Assembly (NCBI GenBank): GCA_965217775.1 | Contig: CBDCJH010000002.1 | Coordinates: forward strand, 4,480,001 to 4,544,000 | Source of the DNA: Acidobacteriota bacterium | Lineage (GTDB): Bacteria > Acidobacteriota > UBA6911 > RPQK01 > JAJDTT01 | Direction: 5' to 3' | Length of the DNA stretch: 64,000 nt | Shown: piece after piece, positions 29,660-40,798 of the stretch | Layout of the letters: the number at the start of each line of letters is the position of its first letter | Numbering within the stretch: position 1 is the stretch's first letter | Translations under genes and position numbers: made by a program | The notes under the pieces: generated by a model | Database searches by the model: none | What the model saw: the letters and a program-made list of their open reading frames with translations, nothing else | Told to the model about the DNA's origin: nothing

Positions 29660-31029
29660 TCCTGATCCCAGCGGCCTCGGTTGCCGCTTTCCTGTCCCTC
29701 TGTTCGGCGGCGGCATTCGGATCCGCGCAAGCACCTTTCCAGGAGCCTCCGCAGCTCTCCGAACTGGAGGGCCCCCAGAGCCAGCACGCCCTGGCACGAT
29801 TGCAACAGTTCTTCCGGACCGTGTCGGACGCGAAGGCGCCCGCCGTCCTGCACAAAGTCCTGGAGGGAACGACAGCCGCCGCGGCGCACACCGTTGTCCT
29901 GGAGGAATACCACCGCCGGAAGCTGCATGCCCAAGGACGCACGACCCTGGAGGCGCTGAGCAAGGAGCACCCGGCTCGGGCCCTCTATGTGATCGACCTG
30001 GTGCAGTTGGCGGTCCTGGAAGGGGACCTGGAGAAAGCCAAGGCGGACCTGCGGTCGGCCGCGGCCCGATTCCCCCATGACACCGAACTGCACGCCAGTC
30101 TGGGGCGCTGGTTGTACGGCCGGCAGCAGACCGATCTTGCCCTGGCCGAGCTGCTCCGGGCCCAACGGTCCGGACTGAACGACCCGCAGACGAATCTGGT
30201 TCTGGCCAGCCTTCTGGCCCGGGCCGGGGCGTTGGAGGACGCCATCGACACGGCCGCTTCCATCGTCTTCACGCCCGGCCTGGATCCCGTGATCCAGGGA
30301 GAAGCGGCGGCGCTGGCCGGCAAGAGCCACGCCATCCTGCGCAACGAGGCCAAGGCGGTGGAGTTTCTGGAGCGGGCCATCCAATTGTCTCCGCAGGTGG
30401 AGGACTACTATCTCTCCATGGCCAGCGCTCACCAGCAGGCCGACAATCCGGCGGCGGCCGCCCAAGCTCTGAAACGCGGGTGGGACCGGCTTCCCGGGGC
30501 GCCCGGGATCGGACAGAACCTGAGCCGTCAACTGCTGGCCGCCGGCGACGCCGAGGAAGCGGTCCGGGTGCTGGTGCTCCTGACCTCTCGGCACCCGAAC
30601 CACGCGGATGCGCTCCGCCTGCTGGCTCAGGCCTACCGGTCCGCCGGGGATGCGGCCAAGGCGTCCCAGACCTGGCGGAGGCTGATCCGGCAGCAGCCCC
30701 GATACCCCATGGCCAACATCTTCCTGGCCCAGTCCCTGGCCGAGGAGGGGGCTCCCCCCGATCAGGTCCTGGCGGCCCTGGACCGGGCGGAGCAGATCTC
30801 CCCGCAGGACGCGGACCTCTACTACCTGAGGGGACGGATCTTCAACTCCCTGGGACGCCATCAGGACGCCGCGGCCCAACTCCAACGGGCCATCCGGCTC
30901 CAACCCAACTTCTCGGGAGCCTATTACCAACTGGGGCTGGCCTACCAACAGTTGGGGCAGCCGGAACTGGCCCAGGAGCAGTTCCGGCGCAGGTCCCACC
31001 TGGAGGAGGGGACGGGCAGGACCCGGTGA
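29644..31029 (+). CDS. TPR-repeat protein
   Basis: Multiple TPR motifs (AYYQLGLAYQQLGQPE); overlaps the upstream stop. Confidence 0.8.
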   Translation: MQRALILIPAASVAAFLSLCSAAAFGSAQAPFQEPPQLSELEGPQSQHALARLQQFFRTVSDAKAPAVLHKVLEGTTAAAAHTVVLEEYHRRKLHAQGRTTLEALSKEHPARALYVIDLVQLAVLEGDLEKAKADLRSAAARFPHDTELHASLGRWLYGRQQTDLALAELLRAQRSGLNDPQTNLVLASLLARAGALEDAIDTAASIVFTPGLDPVIQGEAAALAGKSHAILRNEAKAVEFLERAIQLSPQVEDYYLSMASAHQQADNPAAAAQALKRGWDRLPGAPGIGQNLSRQLLAAGDAEEAVRVLVLLTSRHPNHADALRLLAQAYRSAGDAAKASQTWRRLIRQQPRYPMANIFLAQSLAEEGAPPDQVLAALDRAEQISPQDADLYYLRGRIFNSLGRHQDAAAQLQRAIRLQPNFSGAYYQLGLAYQQLGQPELAQEQFRRRSHLEEGTGRTR

Positions 31030-32523
31030 CTACTTGAACTGGAACGAGTAGAGCTTGGCGTTCTTGAAGTAGATCCTCAGCTTGATGGGTCTGTCCTTCA
31101 GACCACTGAGGTCGCTCTTTCCCTTCCACGACGCGACGTGGGCCAGACCGGTGGTGGTGATGGGATCCGCGTCCTTGAAACCGTAGCCCTCGATGGGGTG
31201 GTGGTCGGCTCCGATGATCTCCACGCGCACCTCGCAGGGGCCGGCACCCCACTGGCGAAGGGCCGACCGGACGTTCAGATGGAGGCGGTCTCCACTGAAG
31301 GTGAAGGAGCGGGTCACGACCTCGCTGAAGGGATAGCGTTGGCGCTCGTGCCCCTGCGCTCCGTCCAGGGAGACGAAGCCGTCCGGCGGCGTCACGGCCA
31401 GACCCACGGCCCCCAGGGCCTTGTTCCCCAAGTGGTACAGGCTCTCGGGGGAACGCCAGTTCACTCCGGTGTAGTAGTTGAGCAGACGCCCCTCGTGGAC
31501 CTTGGGGTCCTGGGCATAGACCACGGCCGAGTCGAAGCTGCCGTTGGGACCGGCCGGTATGAAGGGCTCCCGGTAGTCCCGATTGTAGTGGATGCCGTTA
31601 CGGCTGAAGACGGCCTGGGGCAGGATGCTGGTGTTGGTGGTCCGGAAGTTCCAGAGCATTCCCACGTACATCCCCTCATAGACAGTGACGGCCATGTGGT
31701 AGAACTGGAGGTCCGGGTAGTCCTGCTCGTCCGGGAGGATGATGGTCTCGGGCTGGCTCCAGTGAATCATGTCGGGGCTCTCGGCGCGGCCGATGAGCCG
31801 CTTGCCCAGGGGACAACGAAGATGAGCGCAGTTCTCCATGTGCACGGCGTAGGTCTGCCGGATGGGGTCCCAACCCATGAAGCCGGTGGGTCCCCAGCGC
31901 CCCACCCGGGGAGAGGTGTCGATGATGGGATTGTTCTCGTAGGCCGTCCACTGGAAGCCGTCGGGTGAGTAGTAGAGGTCGAATTGCATCCCCGGTGTCC
32001 CGGTGGTCCCCGTGCGCTCGAGCCCCTTGTAGCGCTTGGCCGGATCCTTCTCGTGCCGGTCCTTGAAGAAGTAGGGCCGGAACAGCTCCCGGGGGAGGAT
32101 GTTGTTCTCACGGGAGCCTTGGAATTCCACCTTTCCCAGGTTGGGCTTCTCCCAATGGAAACCGTCCTTGGAAATGGCGATGCAGAGCTTCCCGTCGCCT
32201 GATTCGACGATGAACTCTCCCTGGCCCTGACTGGCCTTGTAGGAATTCCCGCTGTACCACATCCGGAAGAGGCCCTCTTCCTCCTCGTAGATCACCTTGC
32301 TGACCCGGACGTCATTGCCCTCCCAGGGCTTCTCGGGACGAATGATGGGGTTGTGGTCGACTTTCCGGGCGGGATTCAGTACCTGGCGCGTGGCCAGCAT
32401 GCTCTCGATCAGATAGTCGTCGATGAAGAACTGCTTTTGGGACCCGATGTGGATCAGACCCGCCTGGACGTGGACGGCCAGGAGCCACCCGCAGACTGCC
32501 ATGGTGCCGATTTTCGTGTGCAT
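31030..32523 (-). CDS. Exported five-bladed propeller glycosidase-like protein
   Basis: KQFFIDD, SKDGFHWEKPNLG, DGFVSLD, AKLYSFQF. Paralogue of 5263..6930. Confidence 0.7.
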   Translation of the reverse strand: MHTKIGTMAVCGWLLAVHVQAGLIHIGSQKQFFIDDYLIESMLATRQVLNPARKVDHNPIIRPEKPWEGNDVRVSKVIYEEEEGLFRMWYSGNSYKASQGQGEFIVESGDGKLCIAISKDGFHWEKPNLGKVEFQGSRENNILPRELFRPYFFKDRHEKDPAKRYKGLERTGTTGTPGMQFDLYYSPDGFQWTAYENNPIIDTSPRVGRWGPTGFMGWDPIRQTYAVHMENCAHLRCPLGKRLIGRAESPDMIHWSQPETIILPDEQDYPDLQFYHMAVTVYEGMYVGMLWNFRTTNTSILPQAVFSRNGIHYNRDYREPFIPAGPNGSFDSAVVYAQDPKVHEGRLLNYYTGVNWRSPESLYHLGNKALGAVGLAVTPPDGFVSLDGAQGHERQRYPFSEVVTRSFTFSGDRLHLNVRSALRQWGAGPCEVRVEIIGADHHPIEGYGFKDADPITTTGLAHVASWKGKSDLSGLKDRPIKLRIYFKNAKLYSFQFK

Positions 32524-32529
32524 TTGATT

Positions 32530-34203
32530 TCAACCCCTTCCGCCCGGATAGTCCCAAGTCCCGGGAGTCCAGAACTTGGGGATGTGCTCCTCTTCCTTGG
32601 TAATGGTCTCGATCAGCGCCGGCCTCCCGCCACGGGTCACCTCCAGGGCCTTGCGGATGGCGGGAGCCAGCCCGTCGGGCGTGTCCACCCGCTCGGCATG
32701 GGCCCCCAGCCCGCGGGCGACCCGGGCATACTCGCCGCTGAAGGCGTTGCTGCCCCAGTGCTTGGTGGCATAGGGCATGTGACTGGAATAGTGGGTCATG
32801 ACGCCGTTGTTCAGGACGATATGGAGGGTCCCGATCCGGTTTCGGGCCGCGGTCTCCAGATCCATGCCCGCCATTCCGAAAGCGGCGTCTCCCATGATAT
32901 GGATCACGTCCTTCTCGGGAGCCGCCATCTTGGCCCCCAGTGCCAGGCCCAGGCCGTAGCCCAACTGGGTGGACTTGCCCCATCCGATATAGCCGCGCGG
33001 GGTGACCGCCGGCCAGAAGGGCACCAACTGGTCCCGGGGAAAGCCCGAATCGTGGGTGGCGATGACGTTGGCCGGGTCCACGGCCCGGATCACCTCGCGG
33101 AAGACGCGGTAAGGACTGATGGGAACCTCGTCCGACTCGAAGTGGGGGCGCCACTCGGCCACGAAATCCGCCCTGACCCGGGCGATCTCCGCCGCCACGC
33201 CCTGCTCGTCCGCCCGTCCGCCGGTGCCGATCTGGCGCTGGACCTCCTGGATGATCTGCCGCAGCACGACCTTGGCGTCGCCGATGGCGCCGTAGTCGAC
33301 ACGGTGATCCTTGTTCAGGTCCTCCGGACAGTTGGTGAGTTGGGCCAGGGGGACGCCCACCGGGACCGGTCCGTTGAAGACCGAGTGGGTGAAACTGGTG
33401 CCGGCGCCCAAGATGAAGTCGGTCTTCCGGAGGAAGTGGTCGACCATCCGCGTGCTAGTGTAGCCCGCCGTGCCCAGGGCCAGGGGATGGTTCTCGGGAA
33501 AGGCGCTCTTCCCGGCCAGGGAGGTGAGCACCGGAATCTGGATCAGCTCCGCCAACTCCACCAGCTCGGACGTGGCCTCGGCGTAGAGAGAGCCCTGCCC
33601 GGCGTTGATGACGGGGCAGTCGGCGGCCAACATGGCCCGGACCAGATCCCGGACCTCATCCGGGTCCGCCGCCGAGCGGTGCCTGCGAACGGGCGTGTAG
33701 TTCAGCTCGCCCGGATACTCGTCGGTTCCCACGTCGTCGGGGATCTCGAGAAGGACGGGACCGGGACGTCCATGTTTGACGAGAGTGAACGCATAGCGCA
33801 ACATCTCGGGAATCCGCTCCACCATGTTGCAGTTCCGGGTGTACTTGGTGATTCCGTGGTACTGATCGCAAGAGGCGAAGTCGGGATGGACCTGCATCCG
33901 CCTCCTGGGAGCCCCTCCCGGGAAGAGGAGAATGGGCACCGAGTCGGCGAAGGCCTGCGCCACCCCGCCATAGGCGTTCTCGGCGCCGGGGCCCCTCTGC
34001 ATGGTGAACACGCCGATCTGGTTCCCGTTGCGGACGCGGCTGAAACCGTCGGCCATGTTGACGCCGGCTCGTTCCTGCCGGCTGATGATGGGACGGATGC
34101 CCTCCTTGGCCACGGCGTCGATGAGCTTCTGTTCCGGGAAGGCGGCGATCCATTCCACCCCTTCCAACTTCAGAATCTTCGCGATCACGGAATTACCGTT
34201 CAT
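32530..34203 (-). CDS. Thiamine pyrophosphate-dependent enzyme (acetolactate synthase-like superfamily)
   Basis: RQERAGVNMADG, GRPGPVLLEIP, TPP motif GDAAFGM...LNN. Confidence 0.9.
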   Translation of the reverse strand: MNGNSVIAKILKLEGVEWIAAFPEQKLIDAVAKEGIRPIISRQERAGVNMADGFSRVRNGNQIGVFTMQRGPGAENAYGGVAQAFADSVPILLFPGGAPRRRMQVHPDFASCDQYHGITKYTRNCNMVERIPEMLRYAFTLVKHGRPGPVLLEIPDDVGTDEYPGELNYTPVRRHRSAADPDEVRDLVRAMLAADCPVINAGQGSLYAEATSELVELAELIQIPVLTSLAGKSAFPENHPLALGTAGYTSTRMVDHFLRKTDFILGAGTSFTHSVFNGPVPVGVPLAQLTNCPEDLNKDHRVDYGAIGDAKVVLRQIIQEVQRQIGTGGRADEQGVAAEIARVRADFVAEWRPHFESDEVPISPYRVFREVIRAVDPANVIATHDSGFPRDQLVPFWPAVTPRGYIGWGKSTQLGYGLGLALGAKMAAPEKDVIHIMGDAAFGMAGMDLETAARNRIGTLHIVLNNGVMTHYSSHMPYATKHWGSNAFSGEYARVARGLGAHAERVDTPDGLAPAIRKALEVTRGGRPALIETITKEEEHIPKFWTPGTWDYPGGRG

Positions 34204-35068
34204 TGACTGTCTCCTCCTCTTCTTGAAACGCCTGTCGTAGAAGCCATTGTGCGGCCCGACTGTAACCGCCCTCCGGGACCCGGTGGCCATCCGATGGTTC
34301 GACATGGAGTTGGACCCGGGTTCCGGTCTTCCGGGACACCGCCTCCCGGCTCACGGCCAGGGCCAGTTCCATTGCCTGCCGGGTGCCGACCCGCTCATCC
34401 TGGTGACCGATGATGATCCAGAGATTCCGGGACGCCAGCTTTTCGGCCTTCGTTACCAGGGCGAGAGAGCGGGTCAGCGAATCGTCTTCCAGATCCTGGA
34501 ACTCGCGCAAGACGGCGAGATCGGTGACGGGGGCGAAAGCGGCGACCGCACGGACCCGAGAATCCGCTGCCCCCAGGTGCAGGGCGGCGAATCCCCCGCG
34601 GGAGGTGCCCGATGCCAGGATCCGCCGTGGATCCGACAACCCTTCTTCGATGAGGGCATCCAGGACCTCGCGCGCCCGGCTCACGAAGCCGGCCATGAGA
34701 TCCTCTCCCTGCCGAACACGGTCACTCCAACCCTTCAGTCCCTGCGGCTCCCCGGCCCGGACCTCTTGTCCATGATCGGGCAGGTCCAGGGAGACACAGC
34801 GGAACCCGTGCTCCATGAGCCGGGAGCAACAACTGCTGTAGATGGGATGGGTCAGGCTGTCTTCCAAGGTACCGGCAAAAACGAAGAGTGTCGGGGAAGG
34901 ACCATCGGGACCGCCTCCCAGGTGGCCGTATCGGACGCCTCCGCCGGTGTGGGCCAGGATGGGTGCTGCGGGGGTTGTGGACGGCTGTCGATCCAACGAC
35001 CTCTGGAAGCCGAGCGTGGGAGTCGCGAAAGAAATCGACGCCATCAGGAGTGCGGCCCCAACCCACAT
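34193..35068 (-). CDS. Alpha/beta hydrolase (esterase-like)
   Basis: LDLPDHG, nucleophile elbow GTSRGG, DERVG, GHRV. Start position uncertain. Confidence 0.75.
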   Translation of the reverse strand: MWVGAALLMASISFATPTLGFQRSLDRQPSTTPAAPILAHTGGGVRYGHLGGGPDGPSPTLFVFAGTLEDSLTHPIYSSCCSRLMEHGFRCVSLDLPDHGQEVRAGEPQGLKGWSDRVRQGEDLMAGFVSRAREVLDALIEEGLSDPRRILASGTSRGGFAALHLGAADSRVRAVAAFAPVTDLAVLREFQDLEDDSLTRSLALVTKAEKLASRNLWIIIGHQDERVGTRQAMELALAVSREAVSRKTGTRVQLHVEPSDGHRVPEGGYSRAAQWLLRQAFQEEEETVNER

Positions 35069-35485
35069 GAAGTGTCCCCAGTGGCCAAGGATGGACGCTT
35101 CGGGATGAAAACGCGCCACTACGGCGCCGCACCCATCGGGCACATTATCCGGGCGTCCGGTGAGGCGGTCAACCGCTGGGCCGGAGGACTTGAGCTGTTC
35201 CTCAAAGGATTGTGGGACTGGCGAGCGGGACAAGTCGGAGCGAGGCCGGGGTCAAAGGAGTCCGATTCCGGGGAACGGACGGATCAGAGCAGCCAGATCC
35301 AACGGAGCGGAACTATCGAGCCATCCACATTCTCAAGATTCGGGGGCTGCAAGCCCCCGCTCCCAGATGAGGGCTCGATGTAGCTCACAGTCCATCACTG
35401 GCACCCAACCAATCCTGGTTGGACCCGCCCACGACCGGTGATGCACGTTTGTCGGCGTTCTCCGAGACAGCAGGGACGCACCGGA

Positions 35486-35779
35486 TCAATCGGCCTTGAT
35501 TCCCATGTTCGTGAAAGTGCAATGGATCATGGAGCCGATGTTCCCGGTAGGATCGTCGATCAGAATGACTTTGTACGAACGCTCATCCCAGGCGCAATAC
35601 ATGGATGCCGGGAGGCCGTCCAATCGATTCCAGGACCGAAAAAATCCGATGGTCACCTTCCAGACACTCTTTTCGTTGTCGAATACCACCTCTTCGACAC
35701 CCACGTGACTGATATCTTCCCCGGCAAAGAACTCGGCAACGCAGTTCCGTGCCTTTTCCACCGCTTCTCTGACGTCCAT
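35486..35779 (-). CDS. Small hypothetical protein (97 aa)
   Basis: MDVREAVEKARNCVAEFF...LEEV-like GVEEV, WKVTIGF, RSYKVI; GAGG upstream of the start. Confidence 0.6.
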   Translation of the reverse strand: MDVREAVEKARNCVAEFFAGEDISHVGVEEVVFDNEKSVWKVTIGFFRSWNRLDGLPASMYCAWDERSYKVILIDDPTGNIGSMIHCTFTNMGIKAD

Positions 35780-35828
35780 CCGAACCTCCTCTACCATGAC
35801 GCTCACGATATCCGCTCCTGCTCCGTTA

Positions 35829-35988
35829 ACAGTCCGTGGTGAAAGTCGCGCGAGCACCGAGACCGTTCCTGCGCCCGCCGGACAAGGCGCGATTCGGGTG
35901 CATACCGGGAGTATGTGCCCGAATCGCAACGCCGTCCGCCGGGATGCAGGGACGGTCGAATGCCGTGACGACTTTTGCCACGGGCTGT
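35829..35988 (+). mobile_element. 160-bp MITE, copy 1
   Basis: Imperfect TIRs CAGTCCGTGGTGAAAGTC / GACTTTTGCCACGGGCTG, TA on both flanks, internal hairpin. Near-identical inverted copy at 41056-41215. Confidence 0.85.
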
Positions 35989-36092
35989 TAAGACCTGCCT
36001 TTACTTCAACGCCGCCGGCTCAAAAACTACTAGCGTGAAATCTTCACCTGTGGCCCATCTCCGAGGCGGCGTAGTAGACTGGTTGCCGGGAA

Positions 36093-38585
36093 ATGCGGTC
36101 AGTAGGCGCCCTGAATTCCATCTATCCCCCGGAGCGGGTCCTTTCGGGTCCGGCCCAGTTGGCCCCCTATGAATCGGATGCGCTGACGGCGTTTCGGGAA
36201 CGGCCACTGGCGGTGGTCCTGGCCGAGTCCCAGGAGGAGGTGATCGAGACGGTACGCCTCTGCCACCGGGAGAACCTGCCCTTCGTGGCGCGAGGGAGCG
36301 GCACCAGCCTCTCGGGGGGATCGCTCCCGATCCGGGAGGGCATCATCATCGGGCTCAACCGCCTCAACCGGGTCCTGGAGTTGGATCCGGCCGAGCGGTG
36401 CGCCGTGGTGGAGCCGGGAGTCATCAACCTGGACCTGAGCGCGGTGGGAGCTCCACACGGACTCTATTACGCCCCCGATCCCTCGAGCCAATCCATCTGC
36501 ACCATCGGCGGGAACGTGGCCTTCAACTCCGGCGGAGCCCACTGCCTGCGCCACGGCATGACCAGCAACCATGTCCTGGGCCTGAAGGCGGTGCTGCCTG
36601 ACGGCGCCGTGGTGGAGCTGGGGAGCAAGAGCATGGAAGGGGTGGGACCGGACCTCACCGGGTTCTTCGTGGGTTCGGAGGGGCTCTTCGGCATCGCTCT
36701 GGAGATCACGGTTCGTCTCATCCCGAAGCCCGAGTCGTACAAGACGATCCTGGCCGCCTACAACAGTCTGGAGGCCGCCGGGGACGCCGTGGCTCGGGTG
36801 GTGGCCACGGGACTCCTCCCGGGCGCCATGGAGATCATGGACCATCTGGCCATCGAGGCAGCCGAAGCCGCAGTCCACGCCGGCTATCCCCAGACAGCCA
36901 CGGCTCTTCTCATCGTGGAGTTGGAAGGGGAGACGGCCGAGGTGGAGGCCGAGTTCCAGCTCCTGGAACCGGTGATTCAGGCTTCGGGGGCCTTCGAGAT
37001 CCGTGTCGCCCGAGATGAGGCGGAACGACTCCGGATCTGGAAGGGACGCAAGAGCGCGTTCTCGGCGGTAGGACGGCTCAGCCCCGACTACATCGTCCAG
37101 GACGGGGTGGTTCCCCGGAAGCAACTGGGGTCGACCCTGGCCGAAATCGAGATGCTGGCGCGGAAGCATGGGATCCGGGTGGCCAATGTCTTTCACGCCG
37201 GAGACGGAAATCTCCATCCCCTGATCCTGTTCGACGGCACCGAGGCGGGCGCCCTGGAGAAGGCCGAGGAACTGGCCGGCGAAATCCTGCAGATGTGCAT
37301 CCGCAGGGGGGGCTCCATCACCGGAGAGCACGGCGTGGGCATGGAGAAGCGCGAGTACCTGGCCCACATGTTCGCACCCACCGACATGGAGGTCATGAGG
37401 AGACTGCGGCGATCCATCGACCCGCTGGAGATCGCCAATCGGCGCAAGATGTTCCCCGACGGGCACGGGCGCGTCCCGGCCCCTGAGATCATCCCTTCGG
37501 ACAACGGGGCGCGGACGGCCCTGAGACCCGAATCGTTTCGGCAGGTGCAGCAGGCCGTCGCGGATCACGCGCGTATCCGGCCGCGCGGCGGCGGTACCAA
37601 GCCGGCTCTTTCCCAGCCGCCCGAGGGGATTGTCTCCCTGGACCTGAGAGGTTTGTCCGGCATCGTGGAGTACGAGCCGGAAGAGTACACCTTCACGGCT
37701 CTGGCGGGCACACCGGTAGCCGAAGTCCAGGAGAGATTGGCTCAGGAGGGACAGTATCTGCCCTTCGATCCGGTGTTGGTGCGAGCCGGAGCCACTCTCG
37801 GCGGGACGGTGGCGGCGGGGACCGGCGGCTCGGGACGTTACCGCTACGGCGGCATCCGTGACTTCCTCCTGGGGATCCGGTTCGTCAGCGGCCGCGCCGA
37901 GCTGGTGCGAGGCGGCAGCCGGGTGGTCAAGAACGCCGCCGGGTTCGATCTTCCCAAGCTCATGGTCGGCAGCCTGGGAAGGTTGGGAGTCCTGGTGGAA
38001 ATGACGTTCAAGGTCTTCCCCCTTGCCCAGCGCTGGCTGACCCTGGAAGTGGAACTGCCCGACCTCTCGCAGGCTCTGGAGGCCATACGTCGCCTGCGGG
38101 CTGCTCCCCTGGACTTGGCCGCCGTGGATCTGGAGCCTCCGGGGCGACTGCTGATACGGGTTGGAGGTCGGAGCGAGTCGGTCTCCGTTCGTCTGGACCG
38201 GGTTCGAGAGCTGGTGGGGCAGGGGGTGGAACTACAGGGGCAGGAGGAGCAGGACCATTGGGATGAGGTCCGGGAATTCGACTGGGTCCCGGCCGATTGG
38301 AGCCTGATGAAGGTCCCCATGACCACGAGCCGAATCGCCGATTTGGAAGAGAGTCTGACCTCTGTCCCGTGCCGGTCGCGCTACTGCGCCGACGGTAGCT
38401 TGGCGTGGCTGTCCTGGTCCGGACCGTTGGACCCCTTGGACTCGGCGTTGGCCCATCTGGGTCTCACCGGCCTCGTTCTACGGGGAAACGGAGACATCGC
38501 CCGCCCGGGCCGTAGGCAAGACCGGGTCTTCTCCGAAAGGATCCGGAACGCACTGGATCCGGACGGGCGATTTTCGGAGGAATAG
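36093..38585 (+). CDS. glcD: Fused glycolate oxidase GlcD-GlcE (two FAD-binding PCMH domains)
   Basis: GlcD motifs [35 protein letters not shown], continuing in frame into GlcE motifs [34 protein letters not shown]. Confidence 0.85.
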   Translation: MRSVGALNSIYPPERVLSGPAQLAPYESDALTAFRERPLAVVLAESQEEVIETVRLCHRENLPFVARGSGTSLSGGSLPIREGIIIGLNRLNRVLELDPAERCAVVEPGVINLDLSAVGAPHGLYYAPDPSSQSICTIGGNVAFNSGGAHCLRHGMTSNHVLGLKAVLPDGAVVELGSKSMEGVGPDLTGFFVGSEGLFGIALEITVRLIPKPESYKTILAAYNSLEAAGDAVARVVATGLLPGAMEIMDHLAIEAAEAAVHAGYPQTATALLIVELEGETAEVEAEFQLLEPVIQASGAFEIRVARDEAERLRIWKGRKSAFSAVGRLSPDYIVQDGVVPRKQLGSTLAEIEMLARKHGIRVANVFHAGDGNLHPLILFDGTEAGALEKAEELAGEILQMCIRRGGSITGEHGVGMEKREYLAHMFAPTDMEVMRRLRRSIDPLEIANRRKMFPDGHGRVPAPEIIPSDNGARTALRPESFRQVQQAVADHARIRPRGGGTKPALSQPPEGIVSLDLRGLSGIVEYEPEEYTFTALAGTPVAEVQERLAQEGQYLPFDPVLVRAGATLGGTVAAGTGGSGRYRYGGIRDFLLGIRFVSGRAELVRGGSRVVKNAAGFDLPKLMVGSLGRLGVLVEMTFKVFPLAQRWLTLEVELPDLSQALEAIRRLRAAPLDLAAVDLEPPGRLLIRVGGRSESVSVRLDRVRELVGQGVELQGQEEQDHWDEVREFDWVPADWSLMKVPMTTSRIADLEESLTSVPCRSRYCADGSLAWLSWSGPLDPLDSALAHLGLTGLVLRGNGDIARPGRRQDRVFSERIRNALDPDGRFSEE

Positions 38586-39848
38586 GTGCAACACGGCATC
38601 GACGCAGAACGATACGGGCCTCAGGGCGAAGCCATGGCCCACCAGGTGAAGACGTGTGTGCACTGCGGCTTCTGTCTGCCGGTCTGTCCCACTTACAAGG
38701 ACCTGGGCCAGGAGATGGACTCACCCCGCGGACGCATCCTGCTGATGAAGGAGATGCTGGAGGGGAACCTCGAAATGGAGGAAGGTCTCCCCTACGTGGA
38801 CAAGTGCCTGGGCTGCATGGCGTGTGTCACCGCCTGCCCTTCGGGGGTCGAGTACGGCGAGTTGCTGACGCCGTTTCGAGCGCTGGCCCGGGACCGGGTC
38901 AAGGGGACTCTGCTGGATCGCCTGACCCGCCTCAGCTTTCGACTGCTCCTGCCCTTTCCTCGCCGGTTCCGAGCCGCCGCATATCTGGGCCGTCTGGCTC
39001 GCCCGTTCACCGGGATGCTCCCGGAGCGGATGGCCTCCATGCTGGAGCTGCTGCCCCGGAGGCTGCCGGCTTCTCCTCCGCTTCCGTCTGTCTACCCGGC
39101 CCAAGGGAGGCGCCGGGCTCGCGTCGCCCTATTGTCGGGTTGCGTGCAACAGGTGCTGTCGCCGTCCATCAACTGGGCCACGTTAAGGGTTCTGGCTCGT
39201 AACGGCGTGGAGGTGATCGTCCCCGCCGAACAGGGGTGTTGCGGCGCCCTGGCGCTGCACAACGGCGACGCCGAGCAAGCCCGGCGGTTGGCGGCCCACA
39301 ATTTCGAAGCCTTGCCTGACGACGTGGACGCCATCATCACCAACGCCGCCGGTTGCGGGTCCGGGATCAAGGAGTACCCGCTGCTGTTCCGGAGCCATGG
39401 CCTGGAAGAGGAGGCACGCCGCTTTTCGGCTCGCGTCCGGGACGTGAGCGTATTCTTGGACGAGCTCGGCTTGGAACGGGATCCTCCGCCCCTGCCTGCG
39501 GCAATGAAGGTCGCCTACCACGACGCCTGCCACCTGGCCCACGCCCAAGGCATCCGATCGGCGCCCCGGAAACTCCTGAAAAGGATTCCGAATCTGACCC
39601 TGATGGAGCTTATGGACGGCGAAACCTGCTGCGGCTCCGCGGGGACTTACAATCTGGAACAACCGGAGATCGCAAACCGCTTGGGGGCAAACAAGACAGA
39701 CGTTATCGAGCGATTGCAGCCGGATGCGGTGGCCGCCGGGAACGTCGGTTGCCTGATGCAGATCGAGAGCCACCTCAAGCGGCGGAACAGTCCACTACCT
39801 GTACTCCATACGGTCGAGTTGCTGGATCGAGCTTACGAATCGGCGTGA
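38586..39848 (+). CDS. glcF: Glycolate oxidase iron-sulfur subunit
   Basis: [34 protein letters not shown], two CCG domains. Confidence 0.9.
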   Translation: MQHGIDAERYGPQGEAMAHQVKTCVHCGFCLPVCPTYKDLGQEMDSPRGRILLMKEMLEGNLEMEEGLPYVDKCLGCMACVTACPSGVEYGELLTPFRALARDRVKGTLLDRLTRLSFRLLLPFPRRFRAAAYLGRLARPFTGMLPERMASMLELLPRRLPASPPLPSVYPAQGRRRARVALLSGCVQQVLSPSINWATLRVLARNGVEVIVPAEQGCCGALALHNGDAEQARRLAAHNFEALPDDVDAIITNAAGCGSGIKEYPLLFRSHGLEEEARRFSARVRDVSVFLDELGLERDPPPLPAAMKVAYHDACHLAHAQGIRSAPRKLLKRIPNLTLMELMDGETCCGSAGTYNLEQPEIANRLGANKTDVIERLQPDAVAAGNVGCLMQIESHLKRRNSPLPVLHTVELLDRAYESA

Positions 39849-39914
39849 CTCAACGGCCGCATCGGATCCTTTTGCGGCCAGTGCGGATAGTTTTCGGAGG
39901 CAAAAGAAGAAATG

Positions 39915-40301
39915 TCACGCTACGGTGCCGCGTCCGGTCCCAACGAAGAACTCCCGCAGCACGTCCAGGGTCCCCTCGATCCGGCCCATTCGGTCCCGCA
40001 GGTCGCTGGTCTGCAACTCCATTCGATCGCGCAGGTCGCTGGTCTGTGACTCCATTCGGTCCCGCAGGTCGCTGGTCTGCGACTCCATTCGGTCCCGCAG
40101 GTCGCTGGTCTGCGACTTCATTTGGTCCCGCAGGTCGCTGGTCTGCGACTTCAAGCCGTCGATTCTCCCGGCCAAGCGAGACTCCATCCGATCAATCCGG
40201 GAACCGATCTCCACGCGCTGATTGCGAATCGTTCGGGCCGTGAAAAGGAACCCCAAGATGACTATGGCGGGCGTGATCCACTGGGCTAGTTCAGTCGGCA
40301 T
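39915..40301 (-). CDS. Small TM + coiled-coil protein with 11-aa tandem repeats
   Basis: N-terminal TM (WITPAIVILGFLF), 5x (QTSDLRDRMES), ending MGRIEG. Confidence 0.75.
   Translation of the reverse strand: MPTELAQWITPAIVILGFLFTARTIRNQRVEIGSRIDRMESRLAGRIDGLKSQTSDLRDQMKSQTSDLRDRMESQTSDLRDRMESQTSDLRDRMELQTSDLRDRMGRIEGTLDVLREFFVGTGRGTVA
39988..40152. repeat. 33-bp in-frame tandem repeat (5 units)
   Basis: Unit ATTCGGTCCCGCAGGTCGCTGGTCTGCGACTCC with few substitutions. Confidence 0.9.
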
Positions 40302-40591
40302 CGGTTTCTCGTGAGAAGGGAACAGTCACCGTATTCCGCGCCGGGAACTTGTCCGGCACGCTGCGGCGAAAACTTCCTTACTCTCCGTCCCTCTTTGACT
40401 ATAACGCTTCAACCACGGAATCTGCGATGATGCCGGCCAAAAAAAGGAGCCAACCCGGAGGATGGACCTTTTGGAACGCTAGATCTCGCTTGGATCGCCA
40501 GAACAACGAATAGGGGGCAGTCACTTTCTTCCGCCGTCTCGCTCCAAACGAGTCCGGATTACGGAGGGGACAAGGGAGTTGAGCTAACTGG

Positions 40592-40798
40592 TTACACCCT
40601 CGCTTTGGGTTGGTGCACGAAAGCGAAATCCCGGATGTTGGCACGCTCCACAGCATGTTCAATAGTCATCGCGACCAAGTTTTCATTCTCGTCCAGATCC
40701 AAGTAGATGTTCTCAGACACCTCTCGCGTCTCGACGATCAGCTCCGAAGTAAACTCGATGAGAGCAGTGTCGGTATCTTCAAAGTAATTGATCTTCAT
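40592..40798 (-). CDS. DUF2283-family small protein
   Basis: MKINYFEDTDTALIEF...IYLDLDENENLVAMTIEHA matches the DUF2283 pattern; GAGG RBS. Confidence 0.75.
   Translation of the reverse strand: MKINYFEDTDTALIEFTSELIVETREVSENIYLDLDENENLVAMTIEHAVERANIRDFAFVHQPKARV

Noticed and set aside
39988-40152. Possible CRISPR array or DGR repeats
   Set aside because: These are head-to-tail 33-bp in-frame coding repeats with no spacers.
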